Positions 1-10,177 of a DNA stretch of 64,000 bases are shown piece by piece. Origin of the DNA: Candidatus Spongiisociaceae bacterium (GTDB lineage Bacteria; Actinomycetota; Acidimicrobiia; Spongiisociales; Spongiisociaceae); NCBI GenBank assembly GCA_965262915.1, contig OZ253564.1:128001-192000 (forward strand), read 5' to 3'. The notes beneath the pieces were generated by a model that saw nothing but the letters and a program-made list of their open reading frames with translations, had not been told where the DNA came from and did not search any database. The stretch's first letter is position 1; the number at the start of each line of letters is the position of its first letter. Made by a program: the position numbers and the translations under genes.

Positions 1-73
1 GCATCAGGGTCACCCCGAGTTGATCCGGCTCGATGGGACCGTTGACCGTGATGACTTTCCCCAGGTCTTTCAT
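1..73 (-). CDS. Phosphotriesterase-related (PTER/PHP-like) protein, 5' end only (runs off window)
   Basis: Reverse strand reads MKDLGKVITVNGPIEPDQLGVTLM, nearly identical to the N-terminus of 10178-11245. GGAGG RBS upstream. Confidence 0.8.
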   Translation of the reverse strand, partial: MKDLGKVITVNGPIEPDQLGVTLM

Positions 74-177
74 GGATCCTCCGTTGTCATGTTCCGCCGA
101 CAATAGACGCAGCTATTGCACCTCGCATCACGGCCGGTCTGCACCGCCCGATATCGCGAAAGTGGATCCGGACGCGG

Positions 178-1152
178 CTACTCAGGACGACCCCCCGGTG
201 GGGGTGGTTGGCCGGCCATGTCGTAGGGGTCTCCGGCGGTCAGGTCCCACCCGTCGAGCCCGGCCTCAGCTTCTCGAGCCACCTTGTGGATGAGGCGGCC
301 GGCCTCCGAACCAGCCAGACGGTCGGCGGCGTAGCGGGACACGACGATACTCGTCCGGGCCATGTAGTACGCATGAGGTACCAGGGTGTCCAAAGACCAG
401 TCGGCATACTCGTATGACCCTGCCTCACGCCACTTCGACGCCATCTCCGGGGTCACCTCGACGAACATCCCCCGGAGATGATCCCGCTGCTCGACGGGGA
501 GAGCCCCCAACAGATTCCCGAGGTCGTGGGTGCGGGCGGGTCGGCTACCTCCGAGATGGATCAGAGCCTTGAGCGCGGTTTCCATCGCCATCTGGGCGTC
601 GGCGCATAGACGACACATACGGTTCCTCATCCCGAAGAGGTAGTAACCGGGATCACGGTCCTCCAGAGCACCTGATTCGGTGAGACCCATCACCAGTTGA
701 TCGTGCACGCCGGATAGTGCCCGGAGGGCGTTGTGGAGGCGGCCGGCAGCCTCTTCCCTGTTGGTGGCAGGCATACCGATCTCCTTCCCCCAGCGCACAC
801 CGTCCGGTTCCCGGTGATACAACGTGACAGCATCGGCGGTGATGGCACACTCCAGCGAAGTCGACACTTCCGTGGCGCGACGGGTCCACTCCGGCCAGTC
901 GGTAACATACACGAACACACGGCGACCGGCCGCCTCGTCGGCCAGCCGTCCGAGTTCGTGCGATCTCTCACGCCGGATCGAGTAGTCGAGATCGTCATGG
1001 ATCGCTACCAGGTCGATGTCGCTGTCCGGGCCCGCGTCGCCGCGGGCCACCGACCCGAACACCAGCACCTCCGACACCCCCTCCACCGCGACCGCCTCGG
1101 CTGCTCTCTCGGCGTCCGCCATGCACGGCGGGGATATCAGGGTCGTTGCCAT
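178..1152 (-). CDS. Fused minimal nucleotidyltransferase (MNT) + HEPN domain protein
   Basis: N-terminal VFGSVARGD...DSDIDL NTase motif; C-terminal helical domain with ETALKAL...RTHDL typical of HEPN. Start placed at MATTLISPP. Confidence 0.8.
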   Translation of the reverse strand: MATTLISPPCMADAERAAEAVAVEGVSEVLVFGSVARGDAGPDSDIDLVAIHDDLDYSIRRERSHELGRLADEAAGRRVFVYVTDWPEWTRRATEVSTSLECAITADAVTLYHREPDGVRWGKEIGMPATNREEAAGRLHNALRALSGVHDQLVMGLTESGALEDRDPGYYLFGMRNRMCRLCADAQMAMETALKALIHLGGSRPARTHDLGNLLGALPVEQRDHLRGMFVEVTPEMASKWREAGSYEYADWSLDTLVPHAYYMARTSIVVSRYAADRLAGSEAGRLIHKVAREAEAGLDGWDLTAGDPYDMAGQPPPPGGRPE

Positions 1153-1175
1153 GCCCGTGATCCTACCGGCGCCGG

Positions 1176-2315
1176 TCACTCGTAGGCCGGGACCGCACAT
1201 CCCGTGAACACCTCGGTCCCTTCGGTGGTAATGACCAGGACATCCTCGATCGTGTAGGCCCCAACCCCGGGGACGCCCATGATCAGCTCCAGAGTCATCA
1301 CCACGTTGGGGCGCAGAACGACATCAGGTGTCTGGTCCGCCAGCCAGGGCATCTCCACAACCTCTATCCCTATACCGTGGCTGGCGTGGATCAGGTGACG
1401 GGGATCGACCCCGTTGTCCTCGAGAACTTCCCTAATGGTCCGGTCCACCAAGCCGAAGGTCACGCCGGCTCTCATCACACCCAGGGCTGCAGCTCTGGCC
1501 TCGAGCATCCCGTGCCGGACCCTCTTCAATGCGTCGGGCGCCGGTCCGAAATGCGAGGTGCGGGTGAAGTCGGAGCGGTAGCCCTTGTACTTGGCGCCCA
1601 GATCGATCATCACGGAGTCGCCCCGGCCGATCCTTCGCTCCGTCGCGCCGTAGGTCACGCCGCCGAACCGCTCCCCGGAGGACACGATGGGGGAGTAGGC
1701 AACGTTGTGAGCGCCGTGCCCCAACATGGACTCCATCGCGGCCGCGGCCACATCCACCTCCCTCATCCCGTAGATGTTCGGGAGAACATCAACCATCGCC
1801 AGGTCGGCTATCCGGGCCGACCTGCGCACCCGGCTGACCTCCTCGTCGGATTTGACCATGCGCAGTTCGTACACGAGTCGGGTCGCGTCGACGAGTTCCA
1901 CCGCCGGTAGGGTGGCCTCCAGTCTCTTGGAGAGGTTGTGCGGAAGGAAACTACCCTCGACCCCTAAGGTGCGGACACCGCTCGATATGCGTCTTGCGAC
2001 GACAGACGCCGGGTCTTCGGGCTGGTCGTACACGACGTGGTCCAACCAGGTGACCGTATTCATGATCCCGGGACTGGTAACCGCGTAGTAGATGAACTCT
2101 GCGGAGTCCTCGGAGACGTATATGAGCTTTCCGATGCCCTGCGATGTCTCCATGGGCTGGAAGTCGACCAGGTCGATGCCCGTCAGGTACTCGAGGTTGC
2201 TCGGGCTCAGTATGACGAGCGCGTCGATGTCCGCCGCCCGCATGCTCCGGCGCAATTCCCGGATCCTGCGCGTGAAGTCCGCCAACGCGTCCTTGTCCGT
2301 TGGTTCTGCGTACAT
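1176..2315 (-). CDS. M24 family (Xaa-Pro) peptidase / creatinase-like
   Basis: Creatinase N-domain; VKSDEE, DLG...GYRSDFTRT, HGIG, TLE and IED metal-ligand motifs. Confidence 0.88.
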   Translation of the reverse strand: MYAEPTDKDALADFTRRIRELRRSMRAADIDALVILSPSNLEYLTGIDLVDFQPMETSQGIGKLIYVSEDSAEFIYYAVTSPGIMNTVTWLDHVVYDQPEDPASVVARRISSGVRTLGVEGSFLPHNLSKRLEATLPAVELVDATRLVYELRMVKSDEEVSRVRRSARIADLAMVDVLPNIYGMREVDVAAAAMESMLGHGAHNVAYSPIVSSGERFGGVTYGATERRIGRGDSVMIDLGAKYKGYRSDFTRTSHFGPAPDALKRVRHGMLEARAAALGVMRAGVTFGLVDRTIREVLEDNGVDPRHLIHASHGIGIEVVEMPWLADQTPDVVLRPNVVMTLELIMGVPGVGAYTIEDVLVITTEGTEVFTGCAVPAYE

Positions 2316-2485
2316 TCGATACTCCATCCGGGGCACTAGCAGAACGGGGCCTTCCATCCCAGGTGCCCGGCAGTACAGGATACGTCCGATCAATAAGGAT
2401 TGCTTTTGCTTCCGCTCACCGAACCGGACCAGCCCGGGAACGGTGTATATCCTGGCTGACAGGTCAGGAAGAGGGGGAACACCGG

Positions 2486-3460
2486 ATGGCAGGCCAACCG
2501 GCAATCGTCGAGGCCGGGACTCGGGGAGCGCCGGGAGTGACCCTGGGCGCTGTCGCCTTTGCCCACACCTACGACAAGGAGAAGAACCTGGGTCGCTTCG
2601 AGGGCCTCATCGAGACCGCCGCGGGGCGTGGCGTCGATCTTCTTGTCTTTCCGGAGGCGGGGCTGAACGGCGCGGCGTGGAGTGCGGCTGGGGCGTGGGA
2701 GGGACCGCCCGAAGCCCTACGCCATCATTACCAGACCTCGGAGACCATTCCGGGCCCGACGACCGACCGGCTCTGCTCCGTTGCCGGCCGGCACGACATG
2801 ATTCTGGCCGTCCACATGACCGAGCGTCATCGCCATTACGGGAAGGGTAAAGGCGGGTTGTACAGCTCGGCTGTGCTCCTCTCGGGCGAGGGGGTTCTCC
2901 ACGTCCATCGCAAGGTTCACATCGCGGGGCCCGAACGTCACGTCTTCCGCAACGGACGAGAGATCGCCGCTGTGGACACTCCGGTCGGACGCCTGGCCAT
3001 GGCGATCTGCTACGACATCGTCTTCCCCGAGACGGCTCGCGTTGCCGCGGTCGAGGGAGCGGACATCCTGCTGTTCCAGACCGCTTGGTCACAGGCTTTC
3101 GATCCGCCGTTCCTGGACCACGACCCGGCCTTCGCCGGGACATCGAACTACTCGCTCAGCTCCCTGCTGGGGGTCCGGGCGTTCGAGAACCAGATGTGGA
3201 TCGTCGTGTCGAGTGCCGCCGGGCTGGACGAACGTCTCGGTCTGACCTGGTGGGGCGAAGCGAAGATCGTGGGACCCGACGGTGTCACGCGCGTGCAAAC
3301 ACCGCTGGGAGAGGAGGGCATCGCGATCGCGTACGGCTGCGCGGTCGACGAGGAGATCATCCGCTCCCGGACCGAGACGTACTGGGGTGATAGCTTTCTC
3401 TTCGATCGGAGGCCCCGCGCCTACTCGTCCATCGCCGATGAGGACAAGCTCTATCCCTAG
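2486..3460 (+). CDS. Carbon-nitrogen hydrolase (nitrilase family)
   Basis: Catalytic triad motifs VFPE, HRKVH and ICYD; RAFENQ. Confidence 0.92.
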   Translation: MAGQPAIVEAGTRGAPGVTLGAVAFAHTYDKEKNLGRFEGLIETAAGRGVDLLVFPEAGLNGAAWSAAGAWEGPPEALRHHYQTSETIPGPTTDRLCSVAGRHDMILAVHMTERHRHYGKGKGGLYSSAVLLSGEGVLHVHRKVHIAGPERHVFRNGREIAAVDTPVGRLAMAICYDIVFPETARVAAVEGADILLFQTAWSQAFDPPFLDHDPAFAGTSNYSLSSLLGVRAFENQMWIVVSSAAGLDERLGLTWWGEAKIVGPDGVTRVQTPLGEEGIAIAYGCAVDEEIIRSRTETYWGDSFLFDRRPRAYSSIADEDKLYP

Positions 3461-3490
3461 TATGGACACACCCAAGACATGGAGGGGCTG

Positions 3491-3676
3491 ATGAAGGTCG
3501 ACCGGATCCTCTGGCTCGTGTCCGATACCGTGCGCGCCGACTATCCCGGCTACGCCGGCGGCCACGTTCACACCCCGAACCTCGACGCCCTGGCAGCCCG
3601 CTCGACGGTGTTCAACCGTCACCTGTGCCGGGTGTCAGGTGCCGGGTGTCGGGTATCAGGTGCCGGGTGCCGTTGA
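3491..3676 (+). pseudogene. Sulfatase N-terminal fragment truncated by a heptamer repeat array
   Basis: ILWLVSDTVRAD...TPNLDALAARSTVF is a sulfatase N-terminus. The frame enters repeats before the CxPxR motif and stops. Confidence 0.8.
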
Positions 3677-3718
3677 CGATCATCAAGGACTGACACCTAG
3701 CACCTGGCACCTAGCACC
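3624..3718. repeat. Inverted pair of degenerate 7-bp tandem arrays
   Basis: About 7 units of GGT(G/A)(C/T)C(A/G) at 3624-3672, then 4 complementary units (TGACACC TAGCACC TGGCACC TAGCACC) at 3691-3718. Confidence 0.85.
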
Positions 3719-3835
3719 TGTTTCCGGATGCCGGTAGTCGGGGGCGAGCACCGAGACGGGTTTTGGTTATGGTGATCACACCAACGTCACGCCTCGCGGC
3801 CCGGGTCGGGAGAGGCGGAAGGAAAGGGGACGACC

Positions 3836-4726
3836 ATGATCATCGATAGCCACGTATGGCTCTCGAAGCCGGAGCACTGGGGCGGGAAGGGCGTGATGGA
3901 CGACGCCATGTACGCGGCCGGGTGGGGCGCCCGCGGTCTGGGTACCAAGACGGGGCTCGTCCAGGGTATGAGCCCTGAGCAGATGATCGAGCGGATGGAC
4001 GAGGCCGGCGTCGACATGGCGGTGTGCCACGCGAGCAAGGTGCCTCACCTGAACTCCGAGGTCCCCCCCTCGTTCGTGGCTGCGGCGGTGGAGAAGTACC
4101 CCGACCGTTACATCGGGCTCGGCAGCGTCGACCTGTTCGGGGGCCTGAGCGCGCTGCGCGAGATGGAGGAGATCGTCGACATGGGCCTGGTGGGTATGAA
4201 GATCTCGCCCGCCAGCAGCTTCGACATGCCTCTCAACGACGTCTCGATCATGCCGATCTACGAGAAGGCGGAAGAACTAGGGATGGTCATTTTCGTGCAT
4301 ACGGGATGGTCCGGGTACTTCCTGCTCAAGAACCAGCATCCCCTCCTCCTCGACGACGTGGCGGTGCGCTTCCCCGATCTGAAGCTGTTGGTGGTCCATG
4401 CCGGGGAGAACTACTACGAGGAAGTGGTGATGATGATGCTGAAGAACCCCAACATGTACGCCAACACCGGTTGGTGGGGATTCCTGCAGCCTCTCGAGAC
4501 CAACATCCGGTTCCTCAAGTACGCCAAGCACTTCATGGTGCTCGACAAAGTGCTGTGGGGAACCGACAACTACGACTGCCGCGACGATGTCCCGTTCGTG
4601 AAGTCCCTGCCCGCTCAGGCGGCCGAACACAACATCGCCCCCGGGCTGCCGGAACTCACCGACGATGACATCGCCGACTACATGGGTAACAACGCGGCCC
4701 GCCTGTTCGGTGTAGGAGAGTGCTGA
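3836..4726 (+). CDS. Amidohydrolase family protein (Amidohydro_2), paralog 1
   Basis: IIDSHVW, GMKI, VHTG, VVHAG and LWGTD motifs; GNNAARL end. Confidence 0.9.
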   Translation: MIIDSHVWLSKPEHWGGKGVMDDAMYAAGWGARGLGTKTGLVQGMSPEQMIERMDEAGVDMAVCHASKVPHLNSEVPPSFVAAAVEKYPDRYIGLGSVDLFGGLSALREMEEIVDMGLVGMKISPASSFDMPLNDVSIMPIYEKAEELGMVIFVHTGWSGYFLLKNQHPLLLDDVAVRFPDLKLLVVHAGENYYEEVVMMMLKNPNMYANTGWWGFLQPLETNIRFLKYAKHFMVLDKVLWGTDNYDCRDDVPFVKSLPAQAAEHNIAPGLPELTDDDIADYMGNNAARLFGVGEC

Positions 4727-4815
4727 GAAACCCCCCGCTGGCCCACGGTCGATGACAAGATGCCACGTCAGCGAACGACGGGCCAGCCATTTACCTGTTT
4801 TTCAGCATTCTCCTA
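4713..4815. mobile_element. MITE-like ~103-bp element with terminal inverted repeats
   Basis: TAGGAGAGTGCTGAGAAA ... TTTTTCAGCATTCTCCTA, with internal GCTGGCCC/GGGCCAGC stem. Related to 11374-11491. Confidence 0.6.
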
Positions 4816-4856
4816 GGCACCGGCTGACCGCGTCAGAGCCCGTATAACCTCGGAGT

Positions 4857-5792
4857 ATGCGGGCTGTAGTGATGCATTCGGCCGGTTCGCCGGTCGTGAT
4901 CGAGGAGCGGGTCCCACCGAACCCCGGCCCGGGGCTCGTGGTGGAGGTACTGGCGTGCGGGGTGTGCCATACCGATCTCCACCTGCTCGAGAGCGAGCAC
5001 ACCCGCACCCCGCACGTGCTGGGCCATGAGATCGTGGTTGCCGACTCTGGCGGGGAACCGTGCCTCGTCTATGCCAGTTGGGGATGCGGGCAATGCGGAC
5101 ACTGCCGGTCAGGGGACGAGGCGATGTGTCCGAATGTGGAGATCGTCGGGGTACATGCCGATGGTGGCTACGCGCAGGCTCTGGTGATCCCCGACCAGAG
5201 CTATCTCTACCCCATCGGAGACTTGGACCCGGCCATGGCGGCGCCGCTCGCCGACGCGGGGGCTACCTCCTATCGGGCTGTTCGCAGGGCTATGCCGGCG
5301 TCCCGGGCGGTCGTCATCGGGATCGGCGGTCTGGGCCAGTTCGCAATCCAGTGGTTGCGGCTGGCGGATTGTCGCGTGACCGCCGTCGACACGGCACCGG
5401 AGAAGCGCCTCCGAGCGATCGCTCTCGGCGCCGACGAGGCTCTTCCCCCGGAAGCCGACATGGCACCCGCCCCGGTCGTCCTCGACTTCGTCGGCACCGC
5501 GGAATCGTTGGAGTTGGCCAAGTCGGTAGTGGAGCGACAAGGGAGGATCGTGATCGTCGGAGGGGGCGGAGGGACCATCGCGGTCGGCATGGAGACGATC
5601 CCCTACGAGACATGGGTCACCACGTCCATCATGGGATCTCGTCCCGATGTCGCCGCGGTGCTCGACCATGCGCAACGCGGCGACATCGAATGTCACGTCG
5701 AAGAGGTCCCTCTAGAGGATGCCCACTCGGCCCTGGACCGCTTGCGAGCCGGAGCGGTCACCGGTCGTCTGGTGCTGAAACCAACTCGTTGA
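4857..5792 (+). CDS. Zinc-dependent alcohol dehydrogenase
   Basis: CGVCHTD, GHE, CGQCGHC..C and GIGGLG motifs. Confidence 0.93.
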   Translation: MRAVVMHSAGSPVVIEERVPPNPGPGLVVEVLACGVCHTDLHLLESEHTRTPHVLGHEIVVADSGGEPCLVYASWGCGQCGHCRSGDEAMCPNVEIVGVHADGGYAQALVIPDQSYLYPIGDLDPAMAAPLADAGATSYRAVRRAMPASRAVVIGIGGLGQFAIQWLRLADCRVTAVDTAPEKRLRAIALGADEALPPEADMAPAPVVLDFVGTAESLELAKSVVERQGRIVIVGGGGGTIAVGMETIPYETWVTTSIMGSRPDVAAVLDHAQRGDIECHVEEVPLEDAHSALDRLRAGAVTGRLVLKPTR

Positions 5793-5913
5793 AGCCCCGA
5801 CGAAGCCATCGTGGCGTCCATCGTCCGAGCCATATCCAGCTCATTTCCTCGGGTCTTGAACCTGTCACGCGCATCCGGCATATCGGGTCGGATAGCGCTG
5901 GAGAGGGTCGTTC

Positions 5914-7125
5914 ATGGTGACTGAATACGACGTGGCGATCATAGGTGGCGGCATTGTGGGCCTTGCGACCGCGGTGGAACTGACGGAGCGGTTTCCTGGT
6001 CGGCAGTTCGCCGTGCTGGAGAAGGAACCGCGGGTCGCCGAGCACCAGTCGGGGCGCAATAGCGGGGTCATCCACTCCGGGCTTTACTACCGCCCCGGGT
6101 CGCTGAGGGCGGCCCTCTGCCGGGAGGGGATCGGTCGCCTGACCCGGTTCTGTGAGGAGCGCGGCGTCGATTACACGCGCAACGGGAAGGTCGTCGTGGC
6201 GACGAGCGAAGGGCAACTGCCGGCGCTCGCCGAACTCGAGCGTCGCGGCCTCGCCAACGGCCTCCGCGGACTGAGGCGTATCGGCCCTGAGGAGCTTCGG
6301 GAGATCGAACCGCACGCTGCCGGTATCGCGGCTCTCCACGTGCCCGAGACCGGGGCCGTCGACTTCGCCGCGGTGTGCCGGGCACTGGCCGGCATCCTCC
6401 GAGAGCGTGGCACGACGATCTCGACCTCGTTTTGTGTCGAAAATATCGATGTCGCCCGATCCCATGTCACGGTCGAGGGATCTCGCCGGTCCGTCACGGC
6501 ACGCGCAATCGTCAATTGTGGCGGGCTCTACAGCGATCACCTGGCAAGGGCGGCAGGCGTCGAGCCGGGGGTTCGCATCGTCCCGTTTCGGGGCGAGTAC
6601 TACGACATCACCGGTCCCAGCGCCGAACTCGTCCTGTCGTCGATCTATCCCGTTCCTGACCCGAAGTTGCCTTTCCTGGGCGTCCATCTCACCCGGTCGG
6701 CCGATGGCTCGGTGCATGCAGGGCCCAACGCGGTGCCCGCCCTAGCCCGTGAGGGATACCGCTGGGCAACGGTGCAACCCCGGGAGCTGTTCGAATGGTT
6801 GACCTACCCCGGTTTCCTGAGGCTGGCAGCCAGGCACTGGCGGTCCGGCGTCGCCGAGATCCTCCGATCGGCGAGCCGGAGTCGCTTTACCCGCTCGGCA
6901 AGGGATCTTGTGCCGGAACTCGATCCGAAAGACCTCCGACGAGGAAGGCCCGGAGTTCGGGCTCAGGCCATCACCCGCTCCGGCGGGCTCCACGACGACT
7001 TCCTCATCCAGTCCGGCGCCCGCTCCGTCCATGTGCTGAACGCCCCATCGCCGGCGGCGACATCGTCGCTGGCCATCGGAGCACGCATCGCCGATCAGGT
7101 ACAACAAGTAATCGGGCTTGCGTGA
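5914..7125 (+). CDS. lhgO: L-2-hydroxyglutarate oxidase family FAD enzyme
   Basis: GGGIVG, HQSGRNSGVIHSGLYY, FRGEY, IYPVPDP..PFLGVH, GPNA, GVRAQA and NAPSPAAT motifs. Confidence 0.9.
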   Translation: MVTEYDVAIIGGGIVGLATAVELTERFPGRQFAVLEKEPRVAEHQSGRNSGVIHSGLYYRPGSLRAALCREGIGRLTRFCEERGVDYTRNGKVVVATSEGQLPALAELERRGLANGLRGLRRIGPEELREIEPHAAGIAALHVPETGAVDFAAVCRALAGILRERGTTISTSFCVENIDVARSHVTVEGSRRSVTARAIVNCGGLYSDHLARAAGVEPGVRIVPFRGEYYDITGPSAELVLSSIYPVPDPKLPFLGVHLTRSADGSVHAGPNAVPALAREGYRWATVQPRELFEWLTYPGFLRLAARHWRSGVAEILRSASRSRFTRSARDLVPELDPKDLRRGRPGVRAQAITRSGGLHDDFLIQSGARSVHVLNAPSPAATSSLAIGARIADQVQQVIGLA

Positions 7126-7267
7126 CCAGAACCCGTGCGGTAGAGCTGACCGATACCACTGGCAACCCCCACGACGTGTTCTTCCAGTCGGTACCAACTT
7201 GCATCGGATACCGAAACGGTCGGCAGAAACTGAGACACCACTTGCAGCACCTACGTTCGGGAGCGAA

Positions 7268-7685
7268 ATGGCGGTCTGCCACACCGGCAAAGCGCCTCAC
7301 CTGAACTCCCCGAGAAGTGCGTTCGGGGCATGGAGCCGGGCGGCTGAGGTCCGCCGCCGACGGCGGGGATAGACCCGGCCCCGGTCGGCCTCGACTACAT
7401 CGCCACTCATGGCGAGCTGGAGCCGGCCGAGTCCGTCGTGGAACGGCGAGGAAAATCGTGATCGTCGGCAGTAGCGGTGGGGCGCTGCCGGCGGGCATCG
7501 AGGCGACCCTTTACGAGGCCTGCGTCACCACCTCCATCATGGGATCCTGCTTCGATGTGGCAACGGTTCCGGACCATGCGCAACGAGGAAATGTCGAATG
7601 CCACATCGAGGAGATCCGCCTCGAAGACACCACCTCGGCTTTCGACCCCTTACGTTCGGGTGCGGTGCTGGTCGGCCGATGGTGA
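7268..7685 (+). pseudogene. Decayed remnant of an amidohydrolase + alcohol dehydrogenase duplicate
   Basis: 7268-7309 encodes MAVCHTGKAPHLNS (cf. MAVCHASKVPHLNS in 3836-4726). About 7446-7685 matches the C-terminus of the ADH at 4857-5792. Confidence 0.75.
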
Positions 7686-7788
7686 GCATCGGCTGATACA
7701 CTCGGCAATCCGTCGCAGACCAACAGAGTTGGCGGGCGAAGCCCGGCGCCCATAGGACTTCGCCGTTTCCCTACCTGTGGAGTAGGCA

Positions 7789-8646
7789 ATGTCAGTAGAC
7801 CAGCAGACCGTCAAGGACTCACCGGCGGGAGGTGGGGCGCCGCCATCACGGACCCTACGGATTTCGGCCCGCACCCTCAAGACACTGGTCGTCCCGGCCG
7901 TAGCCGCCGTGATCTGGGTGGCACTCACAGAACTGACCGATATCCGTGAGGTCTTCCTACCGTCTCCATACCGTATCGGCAAGGTTGCGTGGGCCATTCG
8001 GGAGGAGCTGCTAACCGGGTTTTTAATATCTATGCAGATGATCCTCGGAGGCCTCCTTATCGGTGGCGCGCTGGGGATCATCGCCGGCCTGATATTCGGG
8101 TTGAGCCGGCATGCTCGCGATTTTTTCGAGGGCCCGGTGGACCTGATCCGCCCGGTTCCCCTCTTTGCCCTGATACCTCTCTTCATTCTCTGGTTCGGCA
8201 TAGGTAAGGCTCCGCAGATAGCCCTCGTATCGCTTGGCGTTTTCCTGCTCCTGTCGATCGTCACTATCGAGGCCATTCGTAGCGTCTCACCGGTTTATGT
8301 AAGGGCTGCGCTGACGCTCGGCGCCACCCGGAGGGACGTGTACAAGACGATTGTCGTCCCTGCGATCAGCCCCCACCTGATCGCAGGGATACGGCTTGCC
8401 GCTGCGTACTCATTCGGCCTGGACGTGGCGGCTGAGTACAGCGGCTCTCAAACAGGACTGGGCTACATAATGCTCATCCGCGGTTCCTACCTGGACACTC
8501 CGGGGGTAGTACTGATCGTGATCATCTTCGGGATTCTCGCCATCATCTTCGATCAGATCATCAAGGCCTTTTTCCGGCATGCCACAAGATGGAGCCCACG
8601 CACCCGCCGCACCGGAATAGTGAGTGATATGCTCGGAAAATCGTGA
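7789..8646 (+). CDS. ABC transporter permease, NitT/TauT/SsuC family
   Basis: FLPSP, RPVPLFALIPLFILWFG, AA.TLGA loop, VAAE and GLGY motifs. Confidence 0.9.
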   Translation: MSVDQQTVKDSPAGGGAPPSRTLRISARTLKTLVVPAVAAVIWVALTELTDIREVFLPSPYRIGKVAWAIREELLTGFLISMQMILGGLLIGGALGIIAGLIFGLSRHARDFFEGPVDLIRPVPLFALIPLFILWFGIGKAPQIALVSLGVFLLLSIVTIEAIRSVSPVYVRAALTLGATRRDVYKTIVVPAISPHLIAGIRLAAAYSFGLDVAAEYSGSQTGLGYIMLIRGSYLDTPGVVLIVIIFGILAIIFDQIIKAFFRHATRWSPRTRRTGIVSDMLGKS

Positions 8647-8683
8647 CGTAGACATGAAACCGAACAAAGAAGGAGGAGACAAG

Positions 8684-9874
8684 ATGCGGTATGCGAGGTG
8701 GACGGCAGTCGCTCTCGTTCTGGCGTTGGTCGCCGTGGCATGCGCCGATGACGAGGAGCCGACGACCACGACAGTAGCGGCGACAGCAGCACCGACAACA
8801 GCGGCGCCGGCCATGTTGAGTGACGGCATCGACGGGGAGATCGTCAAGGTTCGGGTGGCCGAAGGTGTGTCCTACGACGACGAACCGTGGATATGGGCAG
8901 ACGAGTTCGGGATCGACACCGACCTGGGAATCGATATCGAGATCATCAAGTTCACTGACTTCCCCCTCCAGGGACTGATCGGCGGGGATTTCGACATGAT
9001 GTTCTCATGCCAGGTCTGCGTCGCGTCGTCGTGGCAGAACTTCCCGGAGTACCGGGACTTCATGATCACCAACCAGTTCAAGGGCTTCATCCTGGTCGGC
9101 AGACCTGGAATGAAGACGTGGTTTGACTTTGTCGAGGAACTCGGAGGCGATGAGCAGGCGGCCACGGAGGCCTTCATCCAATCTCTCGAAGGCATGACCC
9201 TGCCCGTGTGGGATGCCGGCGACATCGCGCTCGTTGAAGCCATGATGAACCAGGGCGGCCTCACCGCTGACGATCTGAACCGGATCGGCTTCCCCGACCT
9301 GCCCAAGGCGGGGCTGGCGTTCATGGCAGGCGAGGGCGACATCTACTTCGGCACGCTGTCACAGGTGGCCCGGATGGTCTACGACCCGGAGACGGCGAAG
9401 GACTTCGTCGTGGCGGCGCCGTTCAACGCGTTCGGTCCGGGCGGGCTGTGGTTCAGCACCATGGGAACCACCCAGACCTTCCTCGACGCGAATCCGGAAG
9501 CAGCTCTGCGGTCGGTCGCGGCTTTCTATCGCGCCGTGCGTTACCTGCACGAGAAGCCGGACGCCGTCATCCCGCTGGTAGACGACAACGTGGCGATAGC
9601 CACCGGCGGAACTCTGGGAACCACCACCACCCTTGAGATCATGACCAACCTGAACTACTTCCCGACGGCCGAAGACGCCAAGCGCGACTTCTTCACCGCC
9701 GGATCGCCGCTCGACAACGAGACATCGATCGGGTTCCTGTTCGACAGGGGGGTAGCAGCAGGCGAGTACAGCGCTGATGACGACTGGCGTACCTTCCAGG
9801 TCTCGGGTGAGTGGCTCGACAAGCTGCTGGCCCGGCCGGACCTGATGGAATACGTGAACTCACCACTCGACTGA
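8684..9874 (+). CDS. ABC transporter substrate-binding lipoprotein (NitT/TauT-like)
   Basis: Lipobox LVAVAC and Thr/Ala linker; follows the permease; paralog of 27027-28394. Confidence 0.8.
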   Translation: MRYARWTAVALVLALVAVACADDEEPTTTTVAATAAPTTAAPAMLSDGIDGEIVKVRVAEGVSYDDEPWIWADEFGIDTDLGIDIEIIKFTDFPLQGLIGGDFDMMFSCQVCVASSWQNFPEYRDFMITNQFKGFILVGRPGMKTWFDFVEELGGDEQAATEAFIQSLEGMTLPVWDAGDIALVEAMMNQGGLTADDLNRIGFPDLPKAGLAFMAGEGDIYFGTLSQVARMVYDPETAKDFVVAAPFNAFGPGGLWFSTMGTTQTFLDANPEAALRSVAAFYRAVRYLHEKPDAVIPLVDDNVAIATGGTLGTTTTLEIMTNLNYFPTAEDAKRDFFTAGSPLDNETSIGFLFDRGVAAGEYSADDDWRTFQVSGEWLDKLLARPDLMEYVNSPLD

Positions 9875-9917
9875 GTTAAGGACCCGACCGGCAGCGCAGC
9901 CGGTCGCTTCGACTCGA

Positions 9918-9958
9918 AGGATGGCGTTCGGCTTCGCGGGCCGAGCGCCATCCTATTT
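9918..9958 (+). terminator. Putative intrinsic terminator hairpin
   Basis: AGGATGGCGTTCGGC-loop-GCCGAGCGCCATCCT followed by ATTT, between convergent genes. Confidence 0.55.
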
Positions 9959-10177
9959 GTATGAAGACATGCGTGCAGACCGACGGAATCGCAGCGGCGG
10001 ACCGATTGCACTGTCTGGTCCAGTTGTGGTGACCGGACACCACCTTGCACACCTTCAAGTTCCCCCGTGTGGTGTTGAACCAACATCGGGATGTCTTCCT
10101 GCATCGCTTTCCCGTTTCAGCCGGTACAGCGGTCGAAACGGCCATGCCCGGACCCATGCGGATGATCTGCTCAGCTG

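Noticed and set aside
3624-3718. Possible CRISPR array among the short repeats (also 27165-27260 and 33023-33085)
   Set aside because: The units are tandem without unique spacers, and no cas genes are present.
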